Below are positions 27,872 to 37,426 of a stretch of DNA of 64,000 nucleotides, piece after piece. Both the position numbers and the translations under genes were made by a program. Location: contig JAAYVN010000041.1 in NCBI GenBank assembly GCA_012517155.1, forward strand, positions 10,556 to 74,555, given 5' to 3'. The notes under the pieces were generated by a model, which was given only the letters and a program-made list of their open reading frames with translations, searched no databases and was not told where the DNA came from. The first letter of the stretch is position 1; each line of letters begins with the position of its first letter. This DNA comes from Ignavibacteriales bacterium. GTDB lineage: Bacteria; Bacteroidota; Ignavibacteria; Ignavibacteriales; Ignavibacteriaceae.

Positions 27872-28738
27872 CTCGATTTCCCTCGCAAGGAACTTTGTTA
27901 TCTCGTCAACCGGCATTTCATGGTTCGTCCAGAGCTGGAATGACTTTGCCGCCTGATAAACGAGCATTTTCAATCCGTTGATGCAGATTGCCCCTTCTTG
28001 CTGCGCCTGCTTCAGCAGCAGGGTTTTCGAAGGATTGTATATAAGGTCAAACACAATCTGGTTTTTGGTGAAGGAAGCTGGTATCGGGATAACCGTATCG
28101 TCAATCTCCGGATACATCCCCACCGGTGTGGCATTAACAATCAAGGCTGACTCGTTTATAACCGTGGCTATATCGGGGGGGAACAACTCGTAAGTCAGAA
28201 AGTGGTCGAATTTCATCTTCTGTTTGAAATATCTTTTGAGTGTGTGTGCCCGCTGCTCTGTACGGTTGACAATAACTATCTTAGATGGTCTGAAATGCCT
28301 TATCAGGCAGTAAATGGCAGCACGTGCGGCTCCGCCTGCGCCGATTATTGTTACCATTTCCCCCGAGATTTTGTCGCTGTAAGGAAGTAATGTTTCGTGA
28401 AAGCCGTGAACGTCCGTGTTATAGCCAATCAGTTTACCCATATCGTTTACGACCGTATTAACCGAGCCTATCATGGCTGCCTCATCTGAGAAATCGGCAA
28501 GATGATTAAGTATGGTTTCCTTGTGCGGGATAGTCACGTTCAATCCCTTTATTCCAAGCGCCAGCACCCCTTTGATTGCATCGGGGAGAGCGGTTGTCCC
28601 CACATTAAAGGGGAGATAGACGTAATCCAGGTCCAGCAGTTCTATTGCCTTGTTATGGACCATCGGAGAAAAAGTCTGTTTTAGCGGATGACCGAATATC
28701 CCGAGCAACTTCGTTTCAGAATAATTTATTTTAATCAT
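27857..28738 (-). CDS. aroE: Shikimate dehydrogenase
   Basis: GHPLKQTFSPMVHN, GLNVTIPHK, GYNTD, IIGAGGAARA. Confidence 0.9.
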   Translation of the reverse strand: MIKINYSETKLLGIFGHPLKQTFSPMVHNKAIELLDLDYVYLPFNVGTTALPDAIKGVLALGIKGLNVTIPHKETILNHLADFSDEAAMIGSVNTVVNDMGKLIGYNTDVHGFHETLLPYSDKISGEMVTIIGAGGAARAAIYCLIRHFRPSKIVIVNRTEQRAHTLKRYFKQKMKFDHFLTYELFPPDIATVINESALIVNATPVGMYPEIDDTVIPIPASFTKNQIVFDLIYNPSKTLLLKQAQQEGAICINGLKMLVYQAAKSFQLWTNHEMPVDEITKFLAREIELKRI

Positions 28739-30203
28739 TTTTTCTCCATTTATTACGATTAAAAATTGAGGTATCCGTGCTAAGACTTAAAAACAAATCC
28801 GAAATTGCCACCGAGGGGAGGAGGTTCGAAAATCTTTCATATACTTTATTGTCCAGTTCCATAGCTTTCAGGAGGAACAGCAGGGCAGATTTGGGACACC
28901 CCATCAGATAGTAAATTTGTGATATCTGCTGCAGGATTCCGGGATCTTTTTTTCTTATGCGGTACAAGCGTTTCAGGATGTCCAGCGCCTTCCGGTACTG
29001 AAATGTCCTCCGGTAAACCGCAACCATTCCGGTTAGTTCCTTCCTGCCCAGCACTACCCGCTTTTCAAATTCTCTGATTTTAAGCAGGTCGGTTTCGTCG
29101 AGTACCGGCGATGGTTCCTCGAGCCAGACTTCATCGTTGTAGTTATTCTTTTTTATTGCTTCTCCGAGATCCTTTATAGCCCGGTTGAATAGTCCGAGCT
29201 TGTAATAGCACATGCCCCGGTCAAGATAAGGCTCATCGGCGGATGGATTCAGTGCAAGTGATTTGTCGAGATATTTCAGCGCATGGCGGTACTTTCCCAA
29301 AGCCAGGTTTGCAGCACCAAGCATGAACCAGGTGACGTCATCATCCTTATCCAGCCTGATTGCCTTCTTGAAGTAAACCATACTTTTGTCGTACCTCTGG
29401 AGATTGAAGAGGAGTCTGCCCAGATTATAGAGGGCGTCGTCGAACCGGCTATCGAGGGAGATCGCCATTTCATAACTGTCAATTGCTTTTTCGTACTGTT
29501 TCATCTTCTCCAGCACAATAGCCCGGTTATACCAGGCATTCTCGTCATCCGGCTCCAGGCAGAGATAGGAATCGTACATATCCAGTGCAAGGTTCAGATT
29601 GCCGAGGTTTTCATGACAAGCTGCCAGATGGAACTGTGCATCCTCGTGTTCCGGATTGTATTCAAGCGCCTTTTCAAAATAGTAAACAGATTCCTCATCC
29701 AGTCCCTTTTTCTGGAGTATTAGTCCGAACCGGAAATATGCGGCATCCTTCATCCCATCGAGCTTTAAGGATTTCTGGAAAGTCACTTTCGCCTCCTCCA
29801 GTTTTCCCAGGAATACTTCCGAGGCAGCTTTTTCCATTAGCACCTCCGCATCGGCAGGACTGATTGAAAGGGATTTATTGAAGCACTTAAGTGCCTTCTC
29901 CTGTTCGCCAAAACTGGCATGACAAATTCCTTTCATTGCCCAAAGTTCTGAGTCAAAAGGGGTTATCTTAAGAAGTGCGGTTATTATCGAGTATGCATCA
30001 CGAAAGCGAAAAAGTTCGAAACAATCCTCAAGGACATCCTCCAGAAGATTTTGATTTAGAAGTACCTGTCCCTGACTGATAATTTCTTTACATTCTTTTA
30101 TTTTCTCTTTTATATTCCCGCTTCTGCCGGTTGTTTCCTCGTCATAATAACTGTCGGAATCGAATAATGACATTTTGCTCCATTTTTTAGAATCATCATT
30201 CAA
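28731..30203 (-). CDS. TPR-repeat protein
   Basis: More than 8 consecutive 34-aa TPR-like repeats (A...Y.KAL.L.P....A). Confidence 0.75.
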   Translation of the reverse strand: MNDDSKKWSKMSLFDSDSYYDEETTGRSGNIKEKIKECKEIISQGQVLLNQNLLEDVLEDCFELFRFRDAYSIITALLKITPFDSELWAMKGICHASFGEQEKALKCFNKSLSISPADAEVLMEKAASEVFLGKLEEAKVTFQKSLKLDGMKDAAYFRFGLILQKKGLDEESVYYFEKALEYNPEHEDAQFHLAACHENLGNLNLALDMYDSYLCLEPDDENAWYNRAIVLEKMKQYEKAIDSYEMAISLDSRFDDALYNLGRLLFNLQRYDKSMVYFKKAIRLDKDDDVTWFMLGAANLALGKYRHALKYLDKSLALNPSADEPYLDRGMCYYKLGLFNRAIKDLGEAIKKNNYNDEVWLEEPSPVLDETDLLKIREFEKRVVLGRKELTGMVAVYRRTFQYRKALDILKRLYRIRKKDPGILQQISQIYYLMGCPKSALLFLLKAMELDNKVYERFSNLLPSVAISDLFLSLSTDTSIFNRNKWRKND

Positions 30204-30261
30204 AATTTATCTAAAAAAGGTAACAAAATCAAGATAATAAATACTCCGGATGGAACTGGAC

Positions 30262-30720
30262 AAAAGGTTAAAAGATAAAGAGATAAAGAGATAAAAAGGT
30301 AAAAAGATTTAAAGTTAAATGGGGATTTTTGTTGATTTGTTGATATGTTGAGGTAGCTGCGCTGTCAGTAATGGTCATTAGGTGGTCATTTGGCTTCGCC
30401 GTCATTAGGTTGTAAGAGGAATAGAACTCGGATGAAGCGGATTATCCGGCTCCGCAGGGTGTTGCACAGAAAAATATCACTAAAAACAATTGTTCTTCTA
30501 TGCGTGATATTGCGGAAAACTTTACGTTACTTTGCGTTTAAGGGATATCAATCGCCGAAGAGTTAAAGTTTAGGGGTAAGAGGGAAAGAGGGATTTTTGT
30601 TCCCGCAGGCGGGACAGGTGATGTGTCGATATGTTAAGGTGATTAACCCCCCTTCAGTTAATCCGCAGCAGCGGAGGGGAATATATATCCCCCTCCGTTG
30701 GCTAACGGCTTACGCTAACA
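30262..30720. repeat. Mosaic of short repeats and GC-rich hairpins in a 523-nt non-coding gap
   Basis: A/G-rich (a)aagataaagag iterations at 30262-30319. ggggatttttgttgatttgttgatatgtt at 30321-30350. Three copies of gtcatt(a/t)gg at 30373-30409. gggatttttgttcccgcaggcgggaca at 30589-30616. Hairpins at 30662-30675 and 30673-30696. Palindrome ccgttggctaacgg at 30695-30708. Confidence 0.75.
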
Positions 30721-30726
30721 CTAAAA

Positions 30727-31890
30727 TTACTTTTTCAGAACCCGGGTAACCAGTTTAGCGGCATCCTCAAAGGTTCGCGCAACTTCAAAGTGCAGCGACG
30801 ACTGCTCCAGAAGTACTCCCGCTTCCCTGGCATTCGTTCCCTCCAGCCTTACAACAATAGGTACTTTTATCTCCATCTCCGAGGCGGCATCGATCACCCC
30901 CTGGGCAACCCGGTCGCACCGGACAATCCCACCAAATATGTTGATAAGTATTGCCTTTACATTCGGGTCCGAAAGAATTATCTTAAATCCGTTGGAAACC
31001 GTCTCCTTGTTGGCTCCGCCTCCTACATCAAGAAAATTGGCAGGTTCCCCGCCGGCGAGCTTGATAATATCCATCGTTGCCATGGCAAGTCCGGCACCAT
31101 TGACCATGCACCCAACATTTCCATCCAGTTTGATATAATTCAGATTGAATTTGGATGCCTCGATTTCGAGCGGATCTTCCTCATCGAGATCGCGGTAGGA
31201 AAGTATCTCCGGGTGTCTGAATAAAGCATTATCATCGAAATTCATTTTTGCATCAAGCGCAAGAACTTCCCCCTCTCTGGTTACAACCAGTGGATTGATT
31301 TCAGCAAGTGAAGCATCGGAAGCCTCGTAAGCCTTGTAAAGCGCAAGGAGGAATTTCACCGCATTCTTGTGCTGCTCGCCGTTTAGTCCGAGTGCGAAGG
31401 CAAGTTTGCGTGCCTGGAACTGCTGCATTCCGACAGCCGGATCAATGGCTTCCTTAATTATCTTTTCAGGGGTTTCAGCCGCAACCTTTTCTATTTCCAT
31501 TCCCCCCTCGGTGGATACCATAACCACATTCTGTGAGCTTGCCCTGTCCAGAGTAATTCCGACGTAAAGTTCTTTCCCGATATTAATTCCCTGCTCAATC
31601 AGCAAACGCTTAACAACTCTCCCCTCCGGGCCGGTTTGATGTGTAACCAGGTTCATTCCGAGGATCTGTTTTGACAGGGACTCCACTTCCGCCATGCTTT
31701 TTGCCACTTTGACACCTCCCCCTTTTCCCCTCCCCCCCGCATGGATTTGCGCCTTGACAACCCATACTGAACCCTGAAGCGTCTTGGCGGCATCCAGCGC
31801 CTCTTTAACAGTGAATGCCACGTAACCTTTAGGTGTGGGAACGTTGTATTTTCTCAGTATTTCTTTTGCCTGATACTCATGGATTTTCAT
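30727..31890 (-). CDS. sucC: Succinate--CoA ligase (ADP-forming) beta subunit
   Basis: [15 protein letters not shown]..., [30 protein letters not shown]. Confidence 0.95.
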   Translation of the reverse strand: MKIHEYQAKEILRKYNVPTPKGYVAFTVKEALDAAKTLQGSVWVVKAQIHAGGRGKGGGVKVAKSMAEVESLSKQILGMNLVTHQTGPEGRVVKRLLIEQGINIGKELYVGITLDRASSQNVVMVSTEGGMEIEKVAAETPEKIIKEAIDPAVGMQQFQARKLAFALGLNGEQHKNAVKFLLALYKAYEASDASLAEINPLVVTREGEVLALDAKMNFDDNALFRHPEILSYRDLDEEDPLEIEASKFNLNYIKLDGNVGCMVNGAGLAMATMDIIKLAGGEPANFLDVGGGANKETVSNGFKIILSDPNVKAILINIFGGIVRCDRVAQGVIDAASEMEIKVPIVVRLEGTNAREAGVLLEQSSLHFEVARTFEDAAKLVTRVLKK

Positions 31891-31923
31891 AGATTTTCCT
31901 TAAAATATTTATCTGATTAGCAA

Positions 31924-33477
31924 TTATACTTTTTCACTCATCAATTTTGCCTGCATGAAGAGACCCAGATAATCCCTTCCGCCGGCTTTGGAATCCGTGC
32001 CCGACATATTAAACCCGCCAAAGGGATGAACACCCACCAGCGCTCCGGTGCATTTCCTGTTAAAATAGAGATTCCCGATAAGCAGTTCCTTCCTTGCCTT
32101 GTTTAATTTCTCCCGGTTGTTGGTATAAACTGCTCCGGTAAGTCCGAACTTCGTATTGTTGGCGATTTTCAGTGCGTCATTAAAGTCCTTTGCCTTGATC
32201 ACTGCCAGCACAGGACCGAAAATCTCTTCCTGGGAAATCCTTGCCATCGGATCAATATCGGCGAAAACAGTCGGTTGAATATAAAAACCGTTTCCTTCAG
32301 CCTTGGAACCGCCGTTAAGGAGTTTCCCTTCCTTTTTGCCAATCGAAATATATGCAAGTATTGATTTCTCGGCAGAAGCACTGGAAACCGGACCTACGGG
32401 GAAGTTCTCATCTGCCGGACCGATTTTCAATGTATCCACTCTGGCTTTTAATTTCTTAACAAATTCATTGTAAATTTTTCTGTCCACAATTACTCTGGAA
32501 CAGGCGGAGCATTTCTGTCCCTGATAACCGAACGCTGCGGCAACCACTCCCGCAACTGCAGTATCGATATCCGTTTCGGAATCCACAACAATACTGTCCT
32601 TGCCCCCCATTTCGGCGATAACTCGCTTAAGCCAGATCTGTCCTGGTTGTACTTTTGCAGCCAGTTCATTGATATGAATGCCCACTTCCATTGAACCGGT
32701 GAAGGAGATATATCGGGTTTTGGGATGAGCCACCAGGGTATCCCCAACCTCGCCGCCGGAACCCGGGAGGAAGTTAAGCACACCGTTTGGCAGTCCGGCT
32801 TCCTTCATGATATCCACAAAGAGTTTTCCCATCATGGGGGTTTCGCTCGATGGTTTCAAAACTACCGTGTTTCCTGAGACTATGGATGCGGAGCTCATGC
32901 CGGCAAGTATTGCGAACGGGAAATTCCATGGTGGAATAACCACGCCAACACCAAGGGGAATATATACCAGTTCATTTTTCTCCCCTTTTGTTTTAATCAG
33001 CGGCTGCTTTGCGGAGTATCTTAAAATTTCGCGCGCATAAAACTCAAGGAAGTCTATTGCCTCTGCGGTATCGGCATCCGCCTCGGTATAATTCTTTCCT
33101 GCTTCCAAGATCATATATGCGTTTATTTCAAATCTTCTTTTCTTCATTATCGCAGCCCCCTTAAGGAGATAACCGGCTCTCTCTTCGGGTGAAGTATATC
33201 GCCACGTCTGGAAGGTCTTGTATGCTGACTCAACTGCTAAATAGGCAAGTTCCTTTGTCCCTTTGCAGAAGTTTGCTATTACCTGGCTGACATCAGATGG
33301 ATTTATCGACGAAAAAGTTTTTTCGGTTTTTATTTTCTTTCCGTTTATTATTATTTCGTAGGTTGCGCCAAGTTTCTTCTTAACTGCATCAAGGGCGGCT
33401 TTCTGTATTTTAACATTACTCTCTTTGGAAAAGTCTGTTATCGGTTCATTTCTGAAAGGTCTGATTTTCATATCCAT
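31924..33477 (-). CDS. pruA: L-glutamate gamma-semialdehyde (1-pyrroline-5-carboxylate) dehydrogenase
   Basis: Aldehyde dehydrogenase core (AEMGGKD, GYQGQKCSACSR) with the PruA-type N-terminus FRNEPITDFS. Confidence 0.88.
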   Translation of the reverse strand: MDMKIRPFRNEPITDFSKESNVKIQKAALDAVKKKLGATYEIIINGKKIKTEKTFSSINPSDVSQVIANFCKGTKELAYLAVESAYKTFQTWRYTSPEERAGYLLKGAAIMKKRRFEINAYMILEAGKNYTEADADTAEAIDFLEFYAREILRYSAKQPLIKTKGEKNELVYIPLGVGVVIPPWNFPFAILAGMSSASIVSGNTVVLKPSSETPMMGKLFVDIMKEAGLPNGVLNFLPGSGGEVGDTLVAHPKTRYISFTGSMEVGIHINELAAKVQPGQIWLKRVIAEMGGKDSIVVDSETDIDTAVAGVVAAAFGYQGQKCSACSRVIVDRKIYNEFVKKLKARVDTLKIGPADENFPVGPVSSASAEKSILAYISIGKKEGKLLNGGSKAEGNGFYIQPTVFADIDPMARISQEEIFGPVLAVIKAKDFNDALKIANNTKFGLTGAVYTNNREKLNKARKELLIGNLYFNRKCTGALVGVHPFGGFNMSGTDSKAGGRDYLGLFMQAKLMSEKV

Positions 33478-33606
33478 ACTCCTATTATTTGATAAAAACT
33501 AATATGCAAAATAAGAAACAAATCAGATTAAAGAAAATAAGAAATATGGATAAAGTGCCGGGGAGGTTGTGAACTTTTTACCCCGTTTACGCATTGATAT
33601 TTTAAC

Positions 33607-34425
33607 ATGAAAAATAAATTAATAATAATAGCGTTGATAATTATGGTATTTACGAACTTTCTGCACCCGCAAAAGCAGGAGAAAGTAGAAATAACCGCAC
33701 GGCTTTTTCCACTAGGAAATTTTATAGCCCTGAAACTGGAAATAGCACCGGAGTGGCATATCTACTGGGAAAATCCGGGAGACACGGGGATAAAAACCTC
33801 ATTTAGCTGGGAACTGCCGGATGGGTGGGAATTGAGTGAACCCGAATTTCAATATCCCTCGAAATTCGAAAGTGATGGTTTGGTCAGTTACGGCTACGAG
33901 AAAGAAGTGCTTTATCTTTTCCGCCTTAAAATTCCTGACGGAAAAGTATTAAAGGAAACCCTGGAAATTAAAGTAACTACGGACTGGCTTGCCTGCAAGG
34001 AGATCTGTGTTCCTGGGGAAAGTAAAGCAGTTTTGGAAGTAACTCCGGAAATCCGCCAACTTCTGAAAAAAGAAAATTCTTTTGACCCGGTGAATGAGAA
34101 ATTTCCGCAAAACGGAGACAACATCGGAATGACCGGGCTTGTTTTGGAGAACAGCATTATAATCGGGATTGAACGCAAACAGCTTCCTGATACGGACTAC
34201 TCTAAAATAGAATTCTTCCCTATGGAACAGGGTGTTTTCAGCACCATTGTCCCTCCCCGGATTTCAGTGGACGATAATAAAATAATAATGGAATTAGCCC
34301 TCGACCCGATGCATACAAAGATACCGGACACTATTAATGCACTCTTTTACAATGAGACCGGCTGGGGCACCTCCGGCAATCACAAAGCAATTAAAAAATC
34401 AATTAAATTAACCAATCAGGAGTAA
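33607..34425 (+). CDS. DsbD-N-terminal-like (thiol:disulfide interchange, DsbC/DsbD alpha-domain family) exported protein
   Basis: Signal peptide. HIYWENPGDTGIKTSFSWELPDGW and DWLACKEICVPG are typical of this domain. Confidence 0.75.
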   Translation: MKNKLIIIALIIMVFTNFLHPQKQEKVEITARLFPLGNFIALKLEIAPEWHIYWENPGDTGIKTSFSWELPDGWELSEPEFQYPSKFESDGLVSYGYEKEVLYLFRLKIPDGKVLKETLEIKVTTDWLACKEICVPGESKAVLEVTPEIRQLLKKENSFDPVNEKFPQNGDNIGMTGLVLENSIIIGIERKQLPDTDYSKIEFFPMEQGVFSTIVPPRISVDDNKIIMELALDPMHTKIPDTINALFYNETGWGTSGNHKAIKKSIKLTNQE

Positions 34426-34431
34426 AACATA

Positions 34432-35028
34432 ATGAGACCAAAACTCGCATTCATTTTAGCGGCAGCTTTTATTTTCACAACTTACGCACAGATCGGAATA
34501 GACAAAACCGCTCCCGGCTTTACGCTTACTGACAGCAACGGGAAAGAGCATTCCTTAAGCGATTTCAGCGGCAAATACGTCGTGCTAGAATGGATAAACT
34601 TCGAATGCCCTTTCGTTAAAAAACATTATAACTCAGACAATATGCAGGCACTCCAGAAAGAGTTCACAGAAAAAGGAGTTGTGTGGCTTTCAATCTGCTC
34701 CTCCGCCGAAGGAAAGCAGGGAAACTTTAACAGCGGGGAAATCAATTCAAGAATGGAAAGTCTGAAAAGCAATGCAACTGCATATCTGATTGATCAGGAT
34801 GGAAAAGTGGGAAAAGAGTACGGCGCAAAAACCACCCCCCATATGTATGTGATAAATCCCGAAGGTACACTGATATACGCCGGTGCGATTGACGATAAGC
34901 CGACTTCCAAAACGGAAGATATAGAAGGCTCAAGGAACTACGTGCGGGAAGCTCTTAATGCTGCAATGGACGGACGTGAACCTGAAACGAAACTGACCAA
35001 ACCTTATGGTTGCTCGGTAAAATACTAA
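34432..35028 (+). CDS. Exported thioredoxin-fold redoxin (AhpC/TSA-like)
   Basis: Signal peptide. APGFTLTDSNGKEHSLSDFSGKYVVLEWINFECPFV. Only one Cys sits at the usual CxxC position. Confidence 0.75.
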   Translation: MRPKLAFILAAAFIFTTYAQIGIDKTAPGFTLTDSNGKEHSLSDFSGKYVVLEWINFECPFVKKHYNSDNMQALQKEFTEKGVVWLSICSSAEGKQGNFNSGEINSRMESLKSNATAYLIDQDGKVGKEYGAKTTPHMYVINPEGTLIYAGAIDDKPTSKTEDIEGSRNYVREALNAAMDGREPETKLTKPYGCSVKY

Positions 35029-35088
35029 ACGGTTAAGGGTAAACCGTGAACAGTTGATGGGGATCAGGTTTGTTTTTTGATCTTGAGT

Positions 35089-35122
35089 TGCGGGGACATC
35101 ATTCAGCTAACGGATGTCCCTG
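35089..35122. terminator. Hairpin between convergent genes
   Basis: gcggggacatc-(12 nt loop)-gatgtccctgc, 11-bp stem with one G:U. Confidence 0.5.
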
Positions 35123-35180
35123 CAATATAAATAATGTTTATCGCTGTAAATTAGTCCGTTAGCTAACTCTGATAACCTTT

Positions 35181-36005
35181 CTAATATTCGCCCACTTTGT
35201 ATATTGTGTTTGCTTTCAGCCACTTGTTCAACGGTTCCCAGCTGAACTTACATCCGGGATAATTAGCCTTAATTACCTGACCAATTACCCAGCCTATATC
35301 CTCTTCATCTTTTTTATTCTTTTGTAAAACCGATACGGTTGTGTTGATTTCTTTTACCAATGCTTCCTTCTCGGGAATGATCAATATAAATTTGTGGATA
35401 ACCAGGGTTGTATCTGTATTCTTCCTGATTAGCTTAACGGGTAACTCGCCGCATGGGATATCCTCTGCAGAAATCAAACTGTCAATTTGCGCGAAAAGAA
35501 GCAGAATCTCATTGTCCGCTTTGATTGGCAGTGTTTGGATTTTGTCTTTTATGTTAATCTCCATGAAAATATCGTCCTCTTCCCTAAGCGGAGGATATAA
35601 AAATAGCTGCTGTGTACCAAAGAAAACTGTGCAGTCCCCCAACTCGTCTCCGGTAAATGAGAGATCAAAATCAACACTCTTTTTATAAATTACCGCAGTT
35701 GTAGAACCTAAAATGGGGGACATTATGGCTTTCACCAGGTACTGCAGTTCGTTTGATTTTCCTTCTTTAGAATAATTCGGCGACAGGTTGTAAATCCCTT
35801 CGCTGGGATTCAACACTCTTACCACGGCAGTGGAATCTTTGAATTTTAACTTGTCTGTGGGTTTGAGTTTATCTCCCGGTTTGATGGTTTTATTGTTTTG
35901 CGAATTTACCACCTTTCCTTTAATCTTGATTACGTAAAGCCATGCATCCTGTGCATTTATTGAGATTCCAATGAGTAATACGAAAATCAATGTCCATATT
36001 TTCAT
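35181..36005 (-). CDS. Exported hypothetical protein with a FecR-like N-terminal segment
   Basis: Signal peptide. KGKVVNSQNNKTIKPGDKLKPTDKLKFKDSTAVVRVLNPSEGIYNL resembles the FecR beta-rich module. 4-nt overlap with the upstream CHASE2 gene. Confidence 0.45.
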   Translation of the reverse strand: MKIWTLIFVLLIGISINAQDAWLYVIKIKGKVVNSQNNKTIKPGDKLKPTDKLKFKDSTAVVRVLNPSEGIYNLSPNYSKEGKSNELQYLVKAIMSPILGSTTAVIYKKSVDFDLSFTGDELGDCTVFFGTQQLFLYPPLREEDDIFMEINIKDKIQTLPIKADNEILLLFAQIDSLISAEDIPCGELPVKLIRKNTDTTLVIHKFILIIPEKEALVKEINTTVSVLQKNKKDEEDIGWVIGQVIKANYPGCKFSWEPLNKWLKANTIYKVGEY

Positions 36006-37213
36006 TGAGCTGCCTCGCTTTCCTCAGTTGATTTTTTTAGGTTGAAACGGATTATTATAGTGTCAAGTATATTCAAATAGAGTCCCAGTATCAATACATT
36101 TAAATGGATATTGAACATCATGTATAAAAATACCGAAAATATTAACAAAATAAAGACAAATCCAAGGTACTTCCTTAAAAACCGGAGTACCCGGTATTTG
36201 ACGATTTTCTCTTTCAGTTTTTCTTTTTTTGTCACGTCGAAAATAAAATAAGAGATGACCGCAAAGAATATAAAAAGAAGCAGAACAAGATTAAAATTAA
36301 CAATATTCTTTCCTGCCTGCATAGTAAGAAGTACGTTAAGGAGTATTAGTGTCCCCGGCATATCCCCGAAGGTGGTAGGATAAAAATCCCTTTCGGTAAA
36401 GTCCCCGATCAGTATCATCCTGTTTTCTATCATCTCGATGAAAATATCGTCCGGGAGTTCGAGTATCTCCCCAAGGTTGACTATGGGATATGGGGCATCG
36501 GAGAGTTTATAATCCAGATCGTGTTTCCGTATAATGAAATCAATAATAATGTTGTTAAGTGAAAAGCGGTCATTGATCAGATTTACCGGGAAACCCATTT
36601 TCATTTCCCGCCCATTTGATAATTCATAAAGGATCAGCGGAATGCTTTTTAGTGTGTCGTTTTTCATAAGCCGGTACTTTACGTATTCCCCTCCGTAAAG
36701 TGGGTAATATGCGTAACCCGAATACCCCTTGTCCGGGAGTTCAACTTTGCCCGGCTGCGGATCATACTCGCAGGTTATCACAGTATTACTGGATTTTTCC
36801 AGCTGCGGACGCAACAGTGTATCCCCGGCAGAATGAATTCCGGGGTCAATATTAAGGAGAATAAACTTATATCCTCCCTCAACTGCATTCACCCGGTTTA
36901 AAAACAAAGCAACTGAATTCCTGTCCGTAATGCTGACATTTCCAATCTCAAAACCCTCATCATCATATCTTGGAATTAGTTCGTTCTGATATGCGGTGTT
37001 TACGAAGAGGAAGGAATTCCGGTCAGGTTTCTGTTCGGTTTTCAGAATGAATTTTTCGAACAGCGAGGTGAAACTTATCACGAGCTTGTCATCCCCGTAC
37101 GGAAAATCAAAGTAGAGGATTGCAAAAGTAATGAATACAAGAAAAATGGAATGAAGCGAGGCGTACAAAAGCTTCAGAAGCGGAAGTTTATTTAGTGGAT
37201 TTTTCGTTTTCAT
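36002..37213 (-). CDS. CHASE2-domain membrane protein without a recognisable output domain
   Basis: N-terminal TM, an extracytoplasmic ~270 aa ending in ILIGDFTERDFYPTTFGDMPGTLILLNVLLTM (CHASE2 C-terminal signature, compare the cyclase at 4516), then three TM helices and only about 15 cytoplasmic residues. Confidence 0.65.
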   Translation of the reverse strand: MKTKNPLNKLPLLKLLYASLHSIFLVFITFAILYFDFPYGDDKLVISFTSLFEKFILKTEQKPDRNSFLFVNTAYQNELIPRYDDEGFEIGNVSITDRNSVALFLNRVNAVEGGYKFILLNIDPGIHSAGDTLLRPQLEKSSNTVITCEYDPQPGKVELPDKGYSGYAYYPLYGGEYVKYRLMKNDTLKSIPLILYELSNGREMKMGFPVNLINDRFSLNNIIIDFIIRKHDLDYKLSDAPYPIVNLGEILELPDDIFIEMIENRMILIGDFTERDFYPTTFGDMPGTLILLNVLLTMQAGKNIVNFNLVLLLFIFFAVISYFIFDVTKKEKLKEKIVKYRVLRFLRKYLGFVFILLIFSVFLYMMFNIHLNVLILGLYLNILDTIIIRFNLKKSTEESEAAQ

Positions 37214-37426
37214 AAAAATACTTTATAAGTAATAATAGCAAAAAATCATTTTAATTACAACAAATTTATCCGGCTCCCTTTCCTTATAAAGCTTTCCGGC
37301 TGATGGGCATCACACCCCCTATTGGGTCACACGTTCAGAATCTTCTACGGTATTATGAATAATTCCCTTGTATCGTTATTTGTTTTAATGTTATTTTTAT
37401 TAATTAGATTATATTTTTTAGGGTTT

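Noticed and set aside
31924-33477. The aldehyde dehydrogenase as the signature enzyme of a BMC metabolosome linked to the shell genes at 14020-15194
   Set aside because: It has the PruA (P5C dehydrogenase) N-terminus and length and no encapsulation-peptide-like extension. It also lies 17 kb away among unrelated genes.
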